From: Sandaracinaceae bacterium
GTDB lineage: Bacteria > Myxococcota_A > Polyangia > Polyangiales > Houyiibacteriaceae
Reading direction: 5' to 3'
Length of the DNA stretch: 33,229 nt
NCBI GenBank assembly: GCA_012514415.1
Contig: JAAZAH010000059.1
Coordinates: 1 to 33,229 of the forward strand
How positions within the stretch are numbered: position 1 is the stretch's first letter; each line of letters begins with the position of its first letter. Position numbers and translations under genes: made by a program. Under the pieces are notes generated by a model. It was given only the letters and a program-made list of their open reading frames with translations, was not told the origin of the DNA and did no database searches. Positions 9,217-18,029 of this stretch are shown in pieces.

Positions 9217-9891
9217 ATGAAACTTGACGAGTTGAAATGGGACGAGCGTGGGCTCGTCACCGTCGTCGTCCAAGATGTGGCGACCGGCGAAATCCGCATG
9301 CTTGCTCACGCGAACCGCGAGGCCGTCGAAAACACCCTGAGCACCGGGGAGGCCCATTTTTATAGCCGTTCGCGTCGTGCTCAATGGAAGAAGGGGGAAA
9401 GCTCGGGACACACGATACGTGTCGATGAGATCGTTGCCGATTGCGATGGTGATGCCGTCCTTTATCTCGGTGAGGCGACGGGGCCCAGCTGCCACACGCT
9501 CGAAGAGACGTGCTTTTTTGAGCGCCTCGATGCGGGCGCGGCAAAGAAAGAGCCCGCGCTCCCCATCCTTGGGCGGCTTGAGCGAGAGCTGAACGCGCGG
9601 CGGGATTCGAGCGGCGATAAAAGCTATACGCGCTATCTCCTCGACCGCGGCGCACCCAAAATCGGAGAGAAGATCCGCGAGGAGGCGGGCGAGCTTGCGG
9701 AGGCCATCGCCAATGAATCCGATGAGCGCGTCGTCTCGGAATTTGCCGATCTCTTCTACCACGCCCTCGTCGGGCTCATCCATCGAGGGATCCCGCTGCG
9801 CGCAGTGCTCGCCGAGCTTGGCCGGCGCTTCGGGCGGTCAGGCCATGAAGAGAAGGCCTCGCGGAGCGAATTGAACGCGCCGAAAGGTTAA
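9217..9891 (+). CDS. hisIE: Bifunctional phosphoribosyl-AMP cyclohydrolase / phosphoribosyl-ATP pyrophosphatase
   Basis: YSRSR..W.KGESSG, DCDGD and SCHT..ETCF (HisI); SYT..L, KIREEAGE and EFADLFYH (HisE). Start at 9217 (GGAG upstream) or 9202. Confidence 0.95.
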   Translation: MKLDELKWDERGLVTVVVQDVATGEIRMLAHANREAVENTLSTGEAHFYSRSRRAQWKKGESSGHTIRVDEIVADCDGDAVLYLGEATGPSCHTLEETCFFERLDAGAAKKEPALPILGRLERELNARRDSSGDKSYTRYLLDRGAPKIGEKIREEAGELAEAIANESDERVVSEFADLFYHALVGLIHRGIPLRAVLAELGRRFGRSGHEEKASRSELNAPKG

Positions 9892-9892
9892 C

Positions 9893-10738
9893 TCAGCTCG
9901 GATCCTCGCCAATCCAGCGGCCATTTTCCCAACGAAGTCGCGTCGGGCCGGGGAGCGCGCGCGTTTTATCCGGATGAAGAGGATCGCCCGGGAGGGTGAG
10001 AACGAACGCATCGCCGACCTGCGCGACGCCGGGCCGGATGAGCGGCAAAGGCCTCCGTGCGCCGAGCGCGACGGCCTCGTCCACGCTCGCGGCTTCGGCG
10101 AGCTCTTGAAGCGTCCGAAGCGTTGGGGGCGCGAGCATCATCTCGAGTCGATCGGCCAGATCGAGTGCTTCCTCAGGCCGGTACCACGCGCCATCGATGG
10201 TCTCCACACCGTCGTGACAGGCGCGGAGGCTCTCGTCGCGATCGCAGCGCGCGAAAAAGAAGCGCGTATCGAAGCGGCGGTTTTCCATGGGCGGCGTGAC
10301 CCAACGCGCATAGGGGACGAGCCGGTCGAGCCGCAAGCGAGCGTCGGCTTTCACGAGCGCCTCGCGAAAGCCGAGGCCTTCGCGGATTGCGCGATCGATC
10401 TGCGCCGGAGTGCGCGCTTCTCCGAGGAAAATTCCGGCCTCCTCAAGCGTCTCCCGAATTGCGGCGACGAAAAGCCCGAAGACGGCATCGACAGGCGATT
10501 GCGGTTCGGAAAGGAGTGCAGGGAGCGGATCGACCTTGCGGCCGGAATAGGGCAGGCTGAGATCGCGATCCGAGGTGTCGACGCGCCCTCCCGGAAAGAC
10601 GTGGAAGCTTCCCATGAAGCCGCTCTCGGAGTGTCGCTTAAGGAGGAAGGTCTCGAGCCCGCGCCCGTCTGCCGCCTCGCGCAAGAGGATGACGGTCGCC
10701 GCATCATGAATCGGTTTTTGTTTATCGGCGCTCTTCAT
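9893..10738 (-). CDS. Nudix hydrolase (Nudt19-like, putative acyl-CoA diphosphatase)
   Basis: AATVILLR, FPGGRVD...AAIRETLEEAG (Nudix box with insertion), WVTP...RRFDTRFF and LAPPT. Confidence 0.85.
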   Translation of the reverse strand: MKSADKQKPIHDAATVILLREAADGRGLETFLLKRHSESGFMGSFHVFPGGRVDTSDRDLSLPYSGRKVDPLPALLSEPQSPVDAVFGLFVAAIRETLEEAGIFLGEARTPAQIDRAIREGLGFREALVKADARLRLDRLVPYARWVTPPMENRRFDTRFFFARCDRDESLRACHDGVETIDGAWYRPEEALDLADRLEMMLAPPTLRTLQELAEAASVDEAVALGARRPLPLIRPGVAQVGDAFVLTLPGDPLHPDKTRALPGPTRLRWENGRWIGEDPS

Positions 10739-10807
10739 CCGCTAAGCATAGAGCATTGAGCGGAGTCCAGCGTTTGTTTTTTAGGCGCCGTGACAAAAGC
10801 GGGGGAA

Positions 10808-11578
10808 TCAGCGAAGGATCTGACTCGGGTTGACGCCGAGCGCCTCGGCAAGCCTCGAGATCGTCTCGAGCGAGGGCGTATGGCGCCCAGCCTCGACCCT
10901 CGCGATATTGGGCCGATGAATCCCCGTCCGCCGAGCGAGCTCGGCCTGGGTGATGCCGGCATATTGGCGGAGTTCGCGGATCCTCGCTCCAAGGCTTCGC
11001 CCATCGAGCGGCTCGGACTTCGCCATCGTGAATGTAAAGCGAGCGCCGCCGGTCGTGCCGATCTCGACGCCGCGGCCGTCGTCGAGGATGGTGATGGAAG
11101 CGAGCTGCTCCCGATCGTCCTCGGCATGAAGCGGTCTTGGCTCGAGGCGCGCAGAGCCATCGCTCATCACGAGAAGGAGCGCGTCGTGATGTGGCGCCAT
11201 CGTCGTCGCAAACTCGATGCGCGGATCGCGGCGCTGAACGGCGATGAAGGCGAGGCGGACCGTGAGCGCATCGAGCTCGGACGGCGCGCGAGCGGTGAAT
11301 CCGTGGGCAAGCTCAATCAAGAGCGGGTCGACATTTGCTGCGCGTGAAAGATCGATCGCAAAGGGGATCTCTTGCGCCCTCAGAAACGCCGCTTCGCGGA
11401 AAAGCAGATCCTCGTCGCCGAAAGAATACGCGTCGAGAAGCACGCCGCTGACGCCTTCATACGCCGCAATATCTCCCGGCGAGATCCGAGCAACCTCGAT
11501 CTTCGAGGCGTCGAGCAGACGCGCGAGGCGGTCTTCGAAAGAAGCCTGGGTGGTCACGAACGCGAGGGTGCTCTTCAT
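10808..11578 (-). CDS. XRE-family HTH transcriptional regulator with extra N-terminal domains
   Basis: C-terminal LGARIRELRQYAGITQAELARRTGIHRPNIARVEAGRHTPSLETISRLAEALGV is a classic Cro/C1 HTH. About 190 aa of N-terminus is unassigned. Start ATG 11578 or TTG 11608. Confidence 0.85.
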   Translation of the reverse strand: MKSTLAFVTTQASFEDRLARLLDASKIEVARISPGDIAAYEGVSGVLLDAYSFGDEDLLFREAAFLRAQEIPFAIDLSRAANVDPLLIELAHGFTARAPSELDALTVRLAFIAVQRRDPRIEFATTMAPHHDALLLVMSDGSARLEPRPLHAEDDREQLASITILDDGRGVEIGTTGGARFTFTMAKSEPLDGRSLGARIRELRQYAGITQAELARRTGIHRPNIARVEAGRHTPSLETISRLAEALGVNPSQILR

Positions 11579-11664
11579 ATTGGCTGAGTTATAGTCCTGC
11601 TCGCTCAAGAAATACAGAGACGGAGCGCAACTTATCGAAAAGCGCCGCTGTAGGTGTTGCCAAT

Positions 11665-12126
11665 TCAGCTGCTGGCGGAGTGACCGGCCCGCCGAAAATA
11701 GCTGCGGAGCTCAAAGGTCGGGCAGAAGAGTCCCTCGGCCTGAAGGCGCTCATTCGCGTCCGCGATCGCCTCTTCGGCCGTGCCGAAACAGTTGATCGGA
11801 TACGGGAAGTCCGTGAGCCAGGTCACGGCCTTCACCACGCCTCGCATGATGGGAGAGTCGGAGATGACGATCGAGGCGATCATCCGCTCCGCGAGCTGCT
11901 GATGAATCTCGTTCAGGGTCGAGCTCATTTTCTGCCGCTCGAGAACGCCTGCGGGACGAATCGATTTGACGTCCGAGATGAAGATGAAGCGCTCGGTGTC
12001 CTCGGCGAGGATCTCTCGGGTGATGGCCTGAAGGTCCGCCACATTCCAACCTTCGCGGAAAGCAGCCACGTAGACGGGGGGAAGGCGTATGAGCTCGAGA
12101 CCGACTGGGGAATCGTTTTGAGTCAT
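11665..12126 (-). CDS. STAS/SEC14 (SpoIIAA-like) domain protein, myxobacterial type
   Basis: FIFISDV...ERQKMS...IVISDSPIMRGVVKAVTWLTDFPYPINCFGTAEEAI resembles myxobacterial STAS/SEC14-like proteins. ATG at 12126. Confidence 0.6.
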   Translation of the reverse strand: MTQNDSPVGLELIRLPPVYVAAFREGWNVADLQAITREILAEDTERFIFISDVKSIRPAGVLERQKMSSTLNEIHQQLAERMIASIVISDSPIMRGVVKAVTWLTDFPYPINCFGTAEEAIADANERLQAEGLFCPTFELRSYFRRAGHSASS

Positions 12127-12180
12127 GGCTGCGCTGTGTTCGTCATTTTTGCTTCGTGTCAAATCGCCAATGGGAGAAAT

Positions 12181-12293
12181 CCTTAAGGGGGATTTTTGTC
12201 CTCGGCAGAATATGCGCGTGAAATCGAATGGTTCCCGGAATGTGCACCCCGATCTACGGATTGCACACGAGTACCACAGGAATAACCTTAAGG
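12181..12293. promoter_or_regulatory. Two CCTTAAGG palindromes 105 bp apart plus a TGTGCA-N15-TGCACA inverted repeat in a divergent intergenic region
   Basis: CCTTAAGG at 12181-12188 and 12286-12293; TGTGCA at 12241-12246 and TGCACA at 12262-12267. The motifs are seen directly; an operator role is inferred. Confidence 0.4.
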
Positions 12294-12470
12294 GTGGGTT
12301 CTCATCATCCGAAGTGTGCTTCCTCGACGAAAGCCGAAGAAAAGCAGGACCTGGGCTTGCACGCAATAGGGATCACGCGCTATGGCCCGGCGGCATACGT
12401 CGGCCCCGCTGATTCGCTCGATGGGGCGGCGCGCGGATGGATCGCGCGCAGCGAAGGAGTGCGTTGAAAG

Positions 12471-14033
12471 ATGAAAAGAGCGCTGATCTCGGTCTCGGAT
12501 AAGACAGGCGTCGTGGACTTTGCCAAAGAGCTTGCGGAGCTGGGCTTCGAGATCCTCAGCACGGGCGGCACGGCAAAGGCACTCCGCGACGCCGGAATTC
12601 CCGTACGCGATGTGAGCGATTTCACGGGTTCGCCCGAGATCATGGATGGACGCGTGAAGACCCTTCATCCGCGAGTCCACGGCGGCATCCTCATGCGCGA
12701 TTGCGATGAGGACCGCGCCGATCTCGAGCGCATCGGCGGCGCACCCATCGATCTCGTCTGCGTTAACCTCTACCCCTTTGAGGAAACGGTCGCTCGGGGC
12801 GCAGGACGTGAGGAGACGATCGAGAACATCGATATCGGCGGCCCCACGATGGTGCGGAGCGCGGCCAAATCCCATGAGCGCGTGACGATTGTCACCTCGC
12901 CCGAGGATTATGAGAGCGTCATCGACGAGCTACGTGAGAACGGCGAGACCTCGCTCACGACGCGTCAGCGCCTCGCCGCCAAGGCGTTCAGCCATACGGC
13001 GGCGTACGATGGCGCCATCGCGGCTTATATGACGAGCACCGGCCCCTTTGCCGAGGAGGATGGAACGCCGGCGCGTTTCCCCTCGACGCTCACGCTCTCG
13101 CTTCAGAAGGCTTACGATGTGCGCTACGGCGAAAACCCGCATCAGGCGGGCGCGTTCTATATCGAGCGCGGCGCAAAGCCTGGGAGCCTTGCGCTTGCCG
13201 AAAGCCTCGGCGCGGGCGGCAAAGAGCTCAGCTTCAACAACCTCGTCGATGTGGATGCGGCGCTCGACGCCGTCCGGGAATTCACTGAGCCTGCGGCGGT
13301 GGTTGTCAAGCACACCAATCCCTGCGGCGTCGCGCGTGCGGCTGAGCTTGCCGAAGCCTACCGCCTCGCGCGCGAGGCCGATCCGACGAGCGCCTTCGGT
13401 GGGATCGTCGCGCTCAATCGCGAGGTCGATGAAGCGACGGCAGCCGTCCTCTCGGAGACCTTCCTCGAGTGCATCGTCGCGCCCTCGTTCAGCGAAGCCG
13501 CGCTCAAAAAGCTTCGAGAAAAGCCGGCGCTAAGGCTGCTCGCGACGGGCGCGTGGCTCGGCCCTGATTTCCAAGAACTTCATATGAAGCGGATCGGGGG
13601 TGGCCTCCTTGTGCAAGATCGCGATCGCACGCTTCAAGACGAGATTCGAGCCGCCAAGGTTGTCACCAAGCGCGCGCCCACCGAGAGCGAATATCGCTCG
13701 CTTGAGATGGCGTGGCGTGTGGGGAAGCACGTCAAATCGAACGCGATCGTTTTCGCCCTCGAAGATCGGACCGTCGGCGTTGGGGCGGGCCAGATGGCCC
13801 GCGTGACGAGCGTGCAGATCGCGGCGCAAAAGGCCGGTGAGCTTGCGCGGGGAGCGGCGATGGCGTCGGATGCATTCTTCCCCTTCGCCGATGGCATTGA
13901 AGCGGCGCGCGATGCGGGCATCACCGCGATCGCTCAACCCGGCGGGAGCAAACGGGACGAGGAGGTGATCGCTGCAGCCGACGCAGCCGGCATCGCCATG
14001 GTCTTTACGGGGCTACGTCATTTCAGGCATTGA
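12471..14033 (+). CDS. purH: Bifunctional AICAR transformylase / IMP cyclohydrolase
   Basis: RALISVSDKTG, GRVKTLHP, IDIGGP, RYGENPHQ, KHTNPCG, KSNAI, ASDAFFPF and RHFRH. Confidence 0.98.
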   Translation: MKRALISVSDKTGVVDFAKELAELGFEILSTGGTAKALRDAGIPVRDVSDFTGSPEIMDGRVKTLHPRVHGGILMRDCDEDRADLERIGGAPIDLVCVNLYPFEETVARGAGREETIENIDIGGPTMVRSAAKSHERVTIVTSPEDYESVIDELRENGETSLTTRQRLAAKAFSHTAAYDGAIAAYMTSTGPFAEEDGTPARFPSTLTLSLQKAYDVRYGENPHQAGAFYIERGAKPGSLALAESLGAGGKELSFNNLVDVDAALDAVREFTEPAAVVVKHTNPCGVARAAELAEAYRLAREADPTSAFGGIVALNREVDEATAAVLSETFLECIVAPSFSEAALKKLREKPALRLLATGAWLGPDFQELHMKRIGGGLLVQDRDRTLQDEIRAAKVVTKRAPTESEYRSLEMAWRVGKHVKSNAIVFALEDRTVGVGAGQMARVTSVQIAAQKAGELARGAAMASDAFFPFADGIEAARDAGITAIAQPGGSKRDEEVIAAADAAGIAMVFTGLRHFRH

Positions 14034-14040
14034 GGTGCAA

Positions 14041-15309
14041 ATGAAGGTCCTCATCATCGGGAGCGGCGCGCGCGAGCACGCCATCATGCATAAGCTTTCA
14101 CTCGATCCGAAGGTCGAGGTCCACGCGGCACCGGGCAATGGCGGAATGGCCGGGCTCGGACCGAATCACCCCGTCGATGTGAACGATCCGGACGCGATTG
14201 TTTCGCTTGCGAAGGAGATCGGCGCGGGTCTTGTGATTCTGGGGCCCGAGGCGCCGCTCGTGGCGGGCGCGGTCGATGCGCTTGAAGCCGCGGGGATTGC
14301 AGCTTTCGGTCCGACGAAGGCGGCCGCACAGCTCGAGGGCTCGAAGATCTTCAGCAAGGAATTCATGGCGCGCCACGGCATCCCCACGGCGGATTTTCGC
14401 GTCTTCGGCGATCCGGACGAAGCCGATCGCTTTATCGAAGAGGCGAACCGGCCGCTTGTCGTCAAAGCCGATGGCCTCGCGGCGGGGAAAGGTGTCTTTG
14501 TCGCCAAGGACGCGGCCGAGGCAAAAGACGCGGTCGATCGCATCATGCGAAAGCGGGAGTTCGGCGCCTCAGGCGAGCGCATTCTTATCGAAGAGACGCT
14601 CGTCGGAGAAGAGGTGAGCTACCACGTGATAAGCGATGGAACGCGCTATCTTCGGATGGCGCCGGCGCAGGATCATAAGCGTGTTTTCGATGGCGATCAG
14701 GGCCCGAATACGGGCGGTATGGGTGCGTACTCCCCGCCACCCGTCGTCACGCCCGAGGTCGAAGAGGCGATCATCCAGCGCGTCGTCGAGCCGACACTTC
14801 GTGGGATGCGCGAGGAAGGCGTCCCCTTTAAGGGCGCGCTCTTTGTGGGGCTCATGATCGTCGACGGAGAGCCGCAGGTTCTCGAATACAACGTTCGCCT
14901 CGGCGATCCCGAATGCGAGTCGCTGATGGCCCGGATGAAAGGCGATGTCCTCCCGCTCTTTCTCGGGGCGGCGCGCGGTGATTTCGGTGAATTTTCTCCG
15001 AGCTGGGAGGCGCCTGCGGCGCTTTGCGTCGTGCTCGCTTCGGGCGGCTATCCGGGCGAGTTCGAAAAGGGGAAGCCCATCGAAGGCATCGATGAGGCCA
15101 ATCAAACCGAAGGCGTGATTGTTTACCACGCGGGCACTCGGCTTGAAGGCGATACGATCGTGACCTCAGGCGGGCGTGTTCTTACGGTCACAGCGATCGG
15201 GGGCAACGTCGATGATGCCGCCGCGCGCGCGTATGAGGCGGCGTCGAAGATCCGCTTTGATGGCGTGCACTACCGTAAGGACATTGGTCACCACGCAAGG
15301 ACGAGGTGA
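14041..15309 (+). CDS. purD: Phosphoribosylamine-glycine ligase
   Basis: GSGAREHA, GPEAPL, KADGLAAGKGV, QDHKR, GPNTGGMGAY and EYNVRLGDPE. Confidence 0.98.
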   Translation: MKVLIIGSGAREHAIMHKLSLDPKVEVHAAPGNGGMAGLGPNHPVDVNDPDAIVSLAKEIGAGLVILGPEAPLVAGAVDALEAAGIAAFGPTKAAAQLEGSKIFSKEFMARHGIPTADFRVFGDPDEADRFIEEANRPLVVKADGLAAGKGVFVAKDAAEAKDAVDRIMRKREFGASGERILIEETLVGEEVSYHVISDGTRYLRMAPAQDHKRVFDGDQGPNTGGMGAYSPPPVVTPEVEEAIIQRVVEPTLRGMREEGVPFKGALFVGLMIVDGEPQVLEYNVRLGDPECESLMARMKGDVLPLFLGAARGDFGEFSPSWEAPAALCVVLASGGYPGEFEKGKPIEGIDEANQTEGVIVYHAGTRLEGDTIVTSGGRVLTVTAIGGNVDDAAARAYEAASKIRFDGVHYRKDIGHHARTR

Positions 15310-15313
15310 ACCC

Positions 15314-15898
15314 GTGCGGTCGGCGATCCAGATTCTCCGCCGCGGCGGGGTGATCGCGGCGCCGACCGAGACGCTCATCGGGCTTCTCGCTGACGCGCAT
15401 TCGAAGGCGGCCGTCGAGGCCGTACTTGCGATCAAACGGCGGAGCGGAGAAGAGACCCTTGGTCTGATTGCCCCCGATCTCGAGAGCGTCGCCTCGCTCG
15501 CTCTCCCGCTCGAAGGAAAAGCTCGGGAGCTCGCTGAAAGGCACTGGCCGGGTCCGCTCACGCTCGTCCTCGATGCAAAACCAGGTCTCCATCCCGCGCT
15601 GATCCGCGATGGCGCCGTCGCGATCCGCATCCCTGCCGCGAGCCCCGCGCTCGACCTTTGTCGGGCCTTCGGCGGCCCGCTGACTGCGACGAGCGCGAAT
15701 CTTCGGGGCGGGCCCTCCGTCGCATCGACCGAGGCGCTCGATCCGGCCATCCTTCAGGCGGTGGATGGGATCCTCGAAGGAAAATCCCCAGGCGGTGCCC
15801 CATCGACGATCGCGCGAGTCCGTGGTGATCGCATTGAAGTTCTGAGAGAAGGGGCCATCGCCGCCGAAGCTTTGACTTCGGGCTCGTCCCCGCGTTAG
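15314..15898 (+). CDS. tsaC: Threonylcarbamoyl-AMP synthase (Sua5/YrdC/TsaC)
   Basis: PTETL.GL, IKRR, WPGPLTLV, VAIRIP, PLTATSAN, PSTI and LREGAI. GTG at 15314 after GAGGTG. Confidence 0.88.
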   Translation: MRSAIQILRRGGVIAAPTETLIGLLADAHSKAAVEAVLAIKRRSGEETLGLIAPDLESVASLALPLEGKARELAERHWPGPLTLVLDAKPGLHPALIRDGAVAIRIPAASPALDLCRAFGGPLTATSANLRGGPSVASTEALDPAILQAVDGILEGKSPGGAPSTIARVRGDRIEVLREGAIAAEALTSGSSPR

Positions 15899-15912
15899 TC
15901 TTCGAAACAGTC

Positions 15913-16176
15913 ATGACGCCGATCGATAACGCAGACGCCGCACGCCGCTTTGCTCGCCATATCGCGAGCGATCTCAGCCTCTACAACGAGGAGAAGATCC
16001 TCGAGGGGCTGGCGAACGACACCCTTTTCGAAGTCCTTGAAGACGAGATCGAGGAGGGGCGCGCCCTGTATAAAAAGCGAGTCCCGCCCGAGCTGTACGC
16101 CAAGAACTACTACGATCGCGCGCTCATCGATGTGCTCGTGCGATCCAAGGGGCACATTCCTTCCAAGGTCTGGTGA
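15913..16176 (+). CDS. romX: Small conserved protein, RomX-like (polarity module, partner of RomR in MglA activation)
   Basis: 87 aa, ARRFARHIASDLSLYNEEKI..G..ND.LFEVL..EIEEGR.LYK.RV...RS KGH..SKVW. As recalled, this resembles the ~88-aa M. xanthus RomX; not verified by alignment. Confidence 0.6.
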   Translation: MTPIDNADAARRFARHIASDLSLYNEEKILEGLANDTLFEVLEDEIEEGRALYKKRVPPELYAKNYYDRALIDVLVRSKGHIPSKVW

Positions 16177-16179
16177 GCC

Positions 16180-17124
16180 TCAGCGTTTGAGCGCGCGAAG
16201 CGCCTCAAGTGCGCGCTGAAAATCCGCCGGGGCCTCGCGCTCGAATCGGACGTCCTCGCCGCTCAGCGGATGTTGGAACGCGAGGACGCGAGCGTGGAGC
16301 GCTTGCCGGCCGAGCTCCCGACCGATGGCGCGGACGGCCGGGTTGGAGATGGAGCGTCCGTAGAGCGGATCGCCGAGGAGGGGATAGCCTGCATCGCTCA
16401 GGTGGACGCGGATTTGATGCGTCCGTCCGGTGTGGAGGCGGCATTCGACGAGCGCCGCGAAAGGGAGCGCCTCGAGCCTCCGGACCTCCGTGATGGCGAC
16501 CTTTCCGGCCTCAACGCGGCTCGAAAAGCGCTTTCGATCGCGGGGATGTCGCGCATGGAGGGTCTCGAACCGCTGCTGCTCGCGATCGAAGCCGAGCGCG
16601 ATGGCGTGGTATTCGCGGTGGATCTCTTGCGCCCGAAAGAGGGCGCCGAGCGCCTCGAACGCTTTGACCGTCCGCGCGATGACCATCAGGCCGCTGGTAT
16701 CTTTATCCAAACGGTGGACGATGCCGGGCCGATCCTCGTCTTCACCGCTTCGCTCGATGAGCTTATGGAGGATGGCGTGGACGAGCGTTCCGCTCGTGTG
16801 CCCCTTAGAGGGATGAACGACCATCCCGGCAGGCTTGTCAACCACGAGCAGATGCGGATCCTCGTAGAGGATGTCGATGGGGAGGTTTTCGGGCTCGAGC
16901 ACGAGGCGTTCGGATGGGGGCGCTGCGATTCGGATCTCGGCGCCCGCGATTGCACGCGAGGTCTTTGTGAGCGTTTCGCCATCCTGCGTGATCGCTCCCC
17001 CCTCGATGAGTCGCTGTATTTGGCTCCTTGAATAGTTCGGCGTATAACGCGCTAAGACCTTATCGAGACGCTCTCCGGCGTCCTCTTCGCGCACCTGAAA
17101 ACGCTCGATCGCGGTCGGGCTCAT
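16180..17124 (-). CDS. rluD: RluA/RluD family 23S rRNA pseudouridine synthase with S4 domain
   Basis: ERLDK..YSRSQIQ (S4), KPAGMVVHP, GIVHRLDKDTSG, TGRTHQIRVH, GDPLYG and QALHA. Confidence 0.93.
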   Translation of the reverse strand: MSPTAIERFQVREEDAGERLDKVLARYTPNYSRSQIQRLIEGGAITQDGETLTKTSRAIAGAEIRIAAPPSERLVLEPENLPIDILYEDPHLLVVDKPAGMVVHPSKGHTSGTLVHAILHKLIERSGEDEDRPGIVHRLDKDTSGLMVIARTVKAFEALGALFRAQEIHREYHAIALGFDREQQRFETLHARHPRDRKRFSSRVEAGKVAITEVRRLEALPFAALVECRLHTGRTHQIRVHLSDAGYPLLGDPLYGRSISNPAVRAIGRELGRQALHARVLAFQHPLSGEDVRFEREAPADFQRALEALRALKR

Positions 17125-17127
17125 GGT

Positions 17128-17865
17128 TCAGCGAAGGTCCGCGATCTTCCACACCGAATCTTCGAAGACGAGGAAGACGAGGCCGTCGCTTGCGTATTGG
17201 ATGACGGCGCGATCGTCTTCAATCTGAGCCTTGAAGGAGTCGGTTTCATCGACGATGGCGAAGAGACGAGCGAGCGCTGGGTCAGGACCGTCCTCGAAAG
17301 CCTCGCGGAAAACCTGCTCATTGAGCCCCTCGCGATCGCGCCTCGGAACGAAACGGATGAGAAGATCGAAGCGCTTATTCTGCACCGCGCGCGAAAAAGA
17401 TCGGAGCGCGAGCTCGGGCGTCGATTGAGGATAGGGGTTGAGGATGGAGCCATCGAGCCGCCATTCCCCGTCCTCGAGGTAGAAACGGACGACTGTTCCA
17501 TCTGCAAGCGTGAATCGGGCTTCAGCGCGCTGGGCCTCTGGTTCGCCTCGGAGCATCGAGGCGAGGGCGAGGCGTTCGCTCGGATTTTGACGAAGCTCGC
17601 GGGCGAAATCCTCCGGACTGACCTCGGCGCGGCTTTCCGAGGCGAGGAGGTGGTAGGCCGCGTCGTAAGCCTCGCGCTCGATGAGGTTTCCAAAATCGCG
17701 CGCGGTGCGCGAGGGCGTTGATGGCCCGCCGCACGCATTTTGCGTGAGGACAATCGCGACTGCGAATAAGACTAGAAGGCGAAGGCCTCTGGGCGAGGTG
17801 TCATGTGCGAACCCGCCATGCGAGCGGATGAGGCGAATCCAACGCGTTGAAAAAGAGCGATCCAC
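17128..17865 (-). CDS. Hypothetical lipoprotein, possibly two tandem NTF2-like modules
   Basis: Hydrophobic LLVLFAVAIVLT then NAC-GG lipobox. Two similar helix+hairpin units end in EDGEWRL and EDSVWKI. Ends 3 nt before the rluD start; start codon uncertain. Confidence 0.65.
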   Translation of the reverse strand: MDRSFSTRWIRLIRSHGGFAHDTSPRGLRLLVLFAVAIVLTQNACGGPSTPSRTARDFGNLIEREAYDAAYHLLASESRAEVSPEDFARELRQNPSERLALASMLRGEPEAQRAEARFTLADGTVVRFYLEDGEWRLDGSILNPYPQSTPELALRSFSRAVQNKRFDLLIRFVPRRDREGLNEQVFREAFEDGPDPALARLFAIVDETDSFKAQIEDDRAVIQYASDGLVFLVFEDSVWKIADLR

Positions 17866-17916
17866 ATCCCTTCTTTATCAGGCTTCGGTCTCCCACGCAT
17901 GGGGCAAGACGAGAGC

Positions 17917-17957
17917 GAAGAAGAAACGCCCGCTCCGATGCATTCGAGGCGGGCGTT
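17917..17957 (-). terminator. Intrinsic terminator after the Cys-rich lipoprotein gene
   Basis: AACGCCCGC/GCGGGCGTT stem (17925-17933/17949-17957) followed on the minus strand by TCTTCTTC. Confidence 0.6.
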
Positions 17958-18029
17958 CAGCTTCACGTTGGCTTCAACATCTGGACGAGGGCGAGGCGGC
18001 GAGGTGCGCCCCGCTCGAATCACAGCCGA

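Noticed and set aside
12300-12470. Possible ZTP (pfl) riboswitch upstream of purH, prompted by GACCTGGGC
   Set aside because: The 5' conserved GACUGGCG element and its pseudoknot partner are absent.
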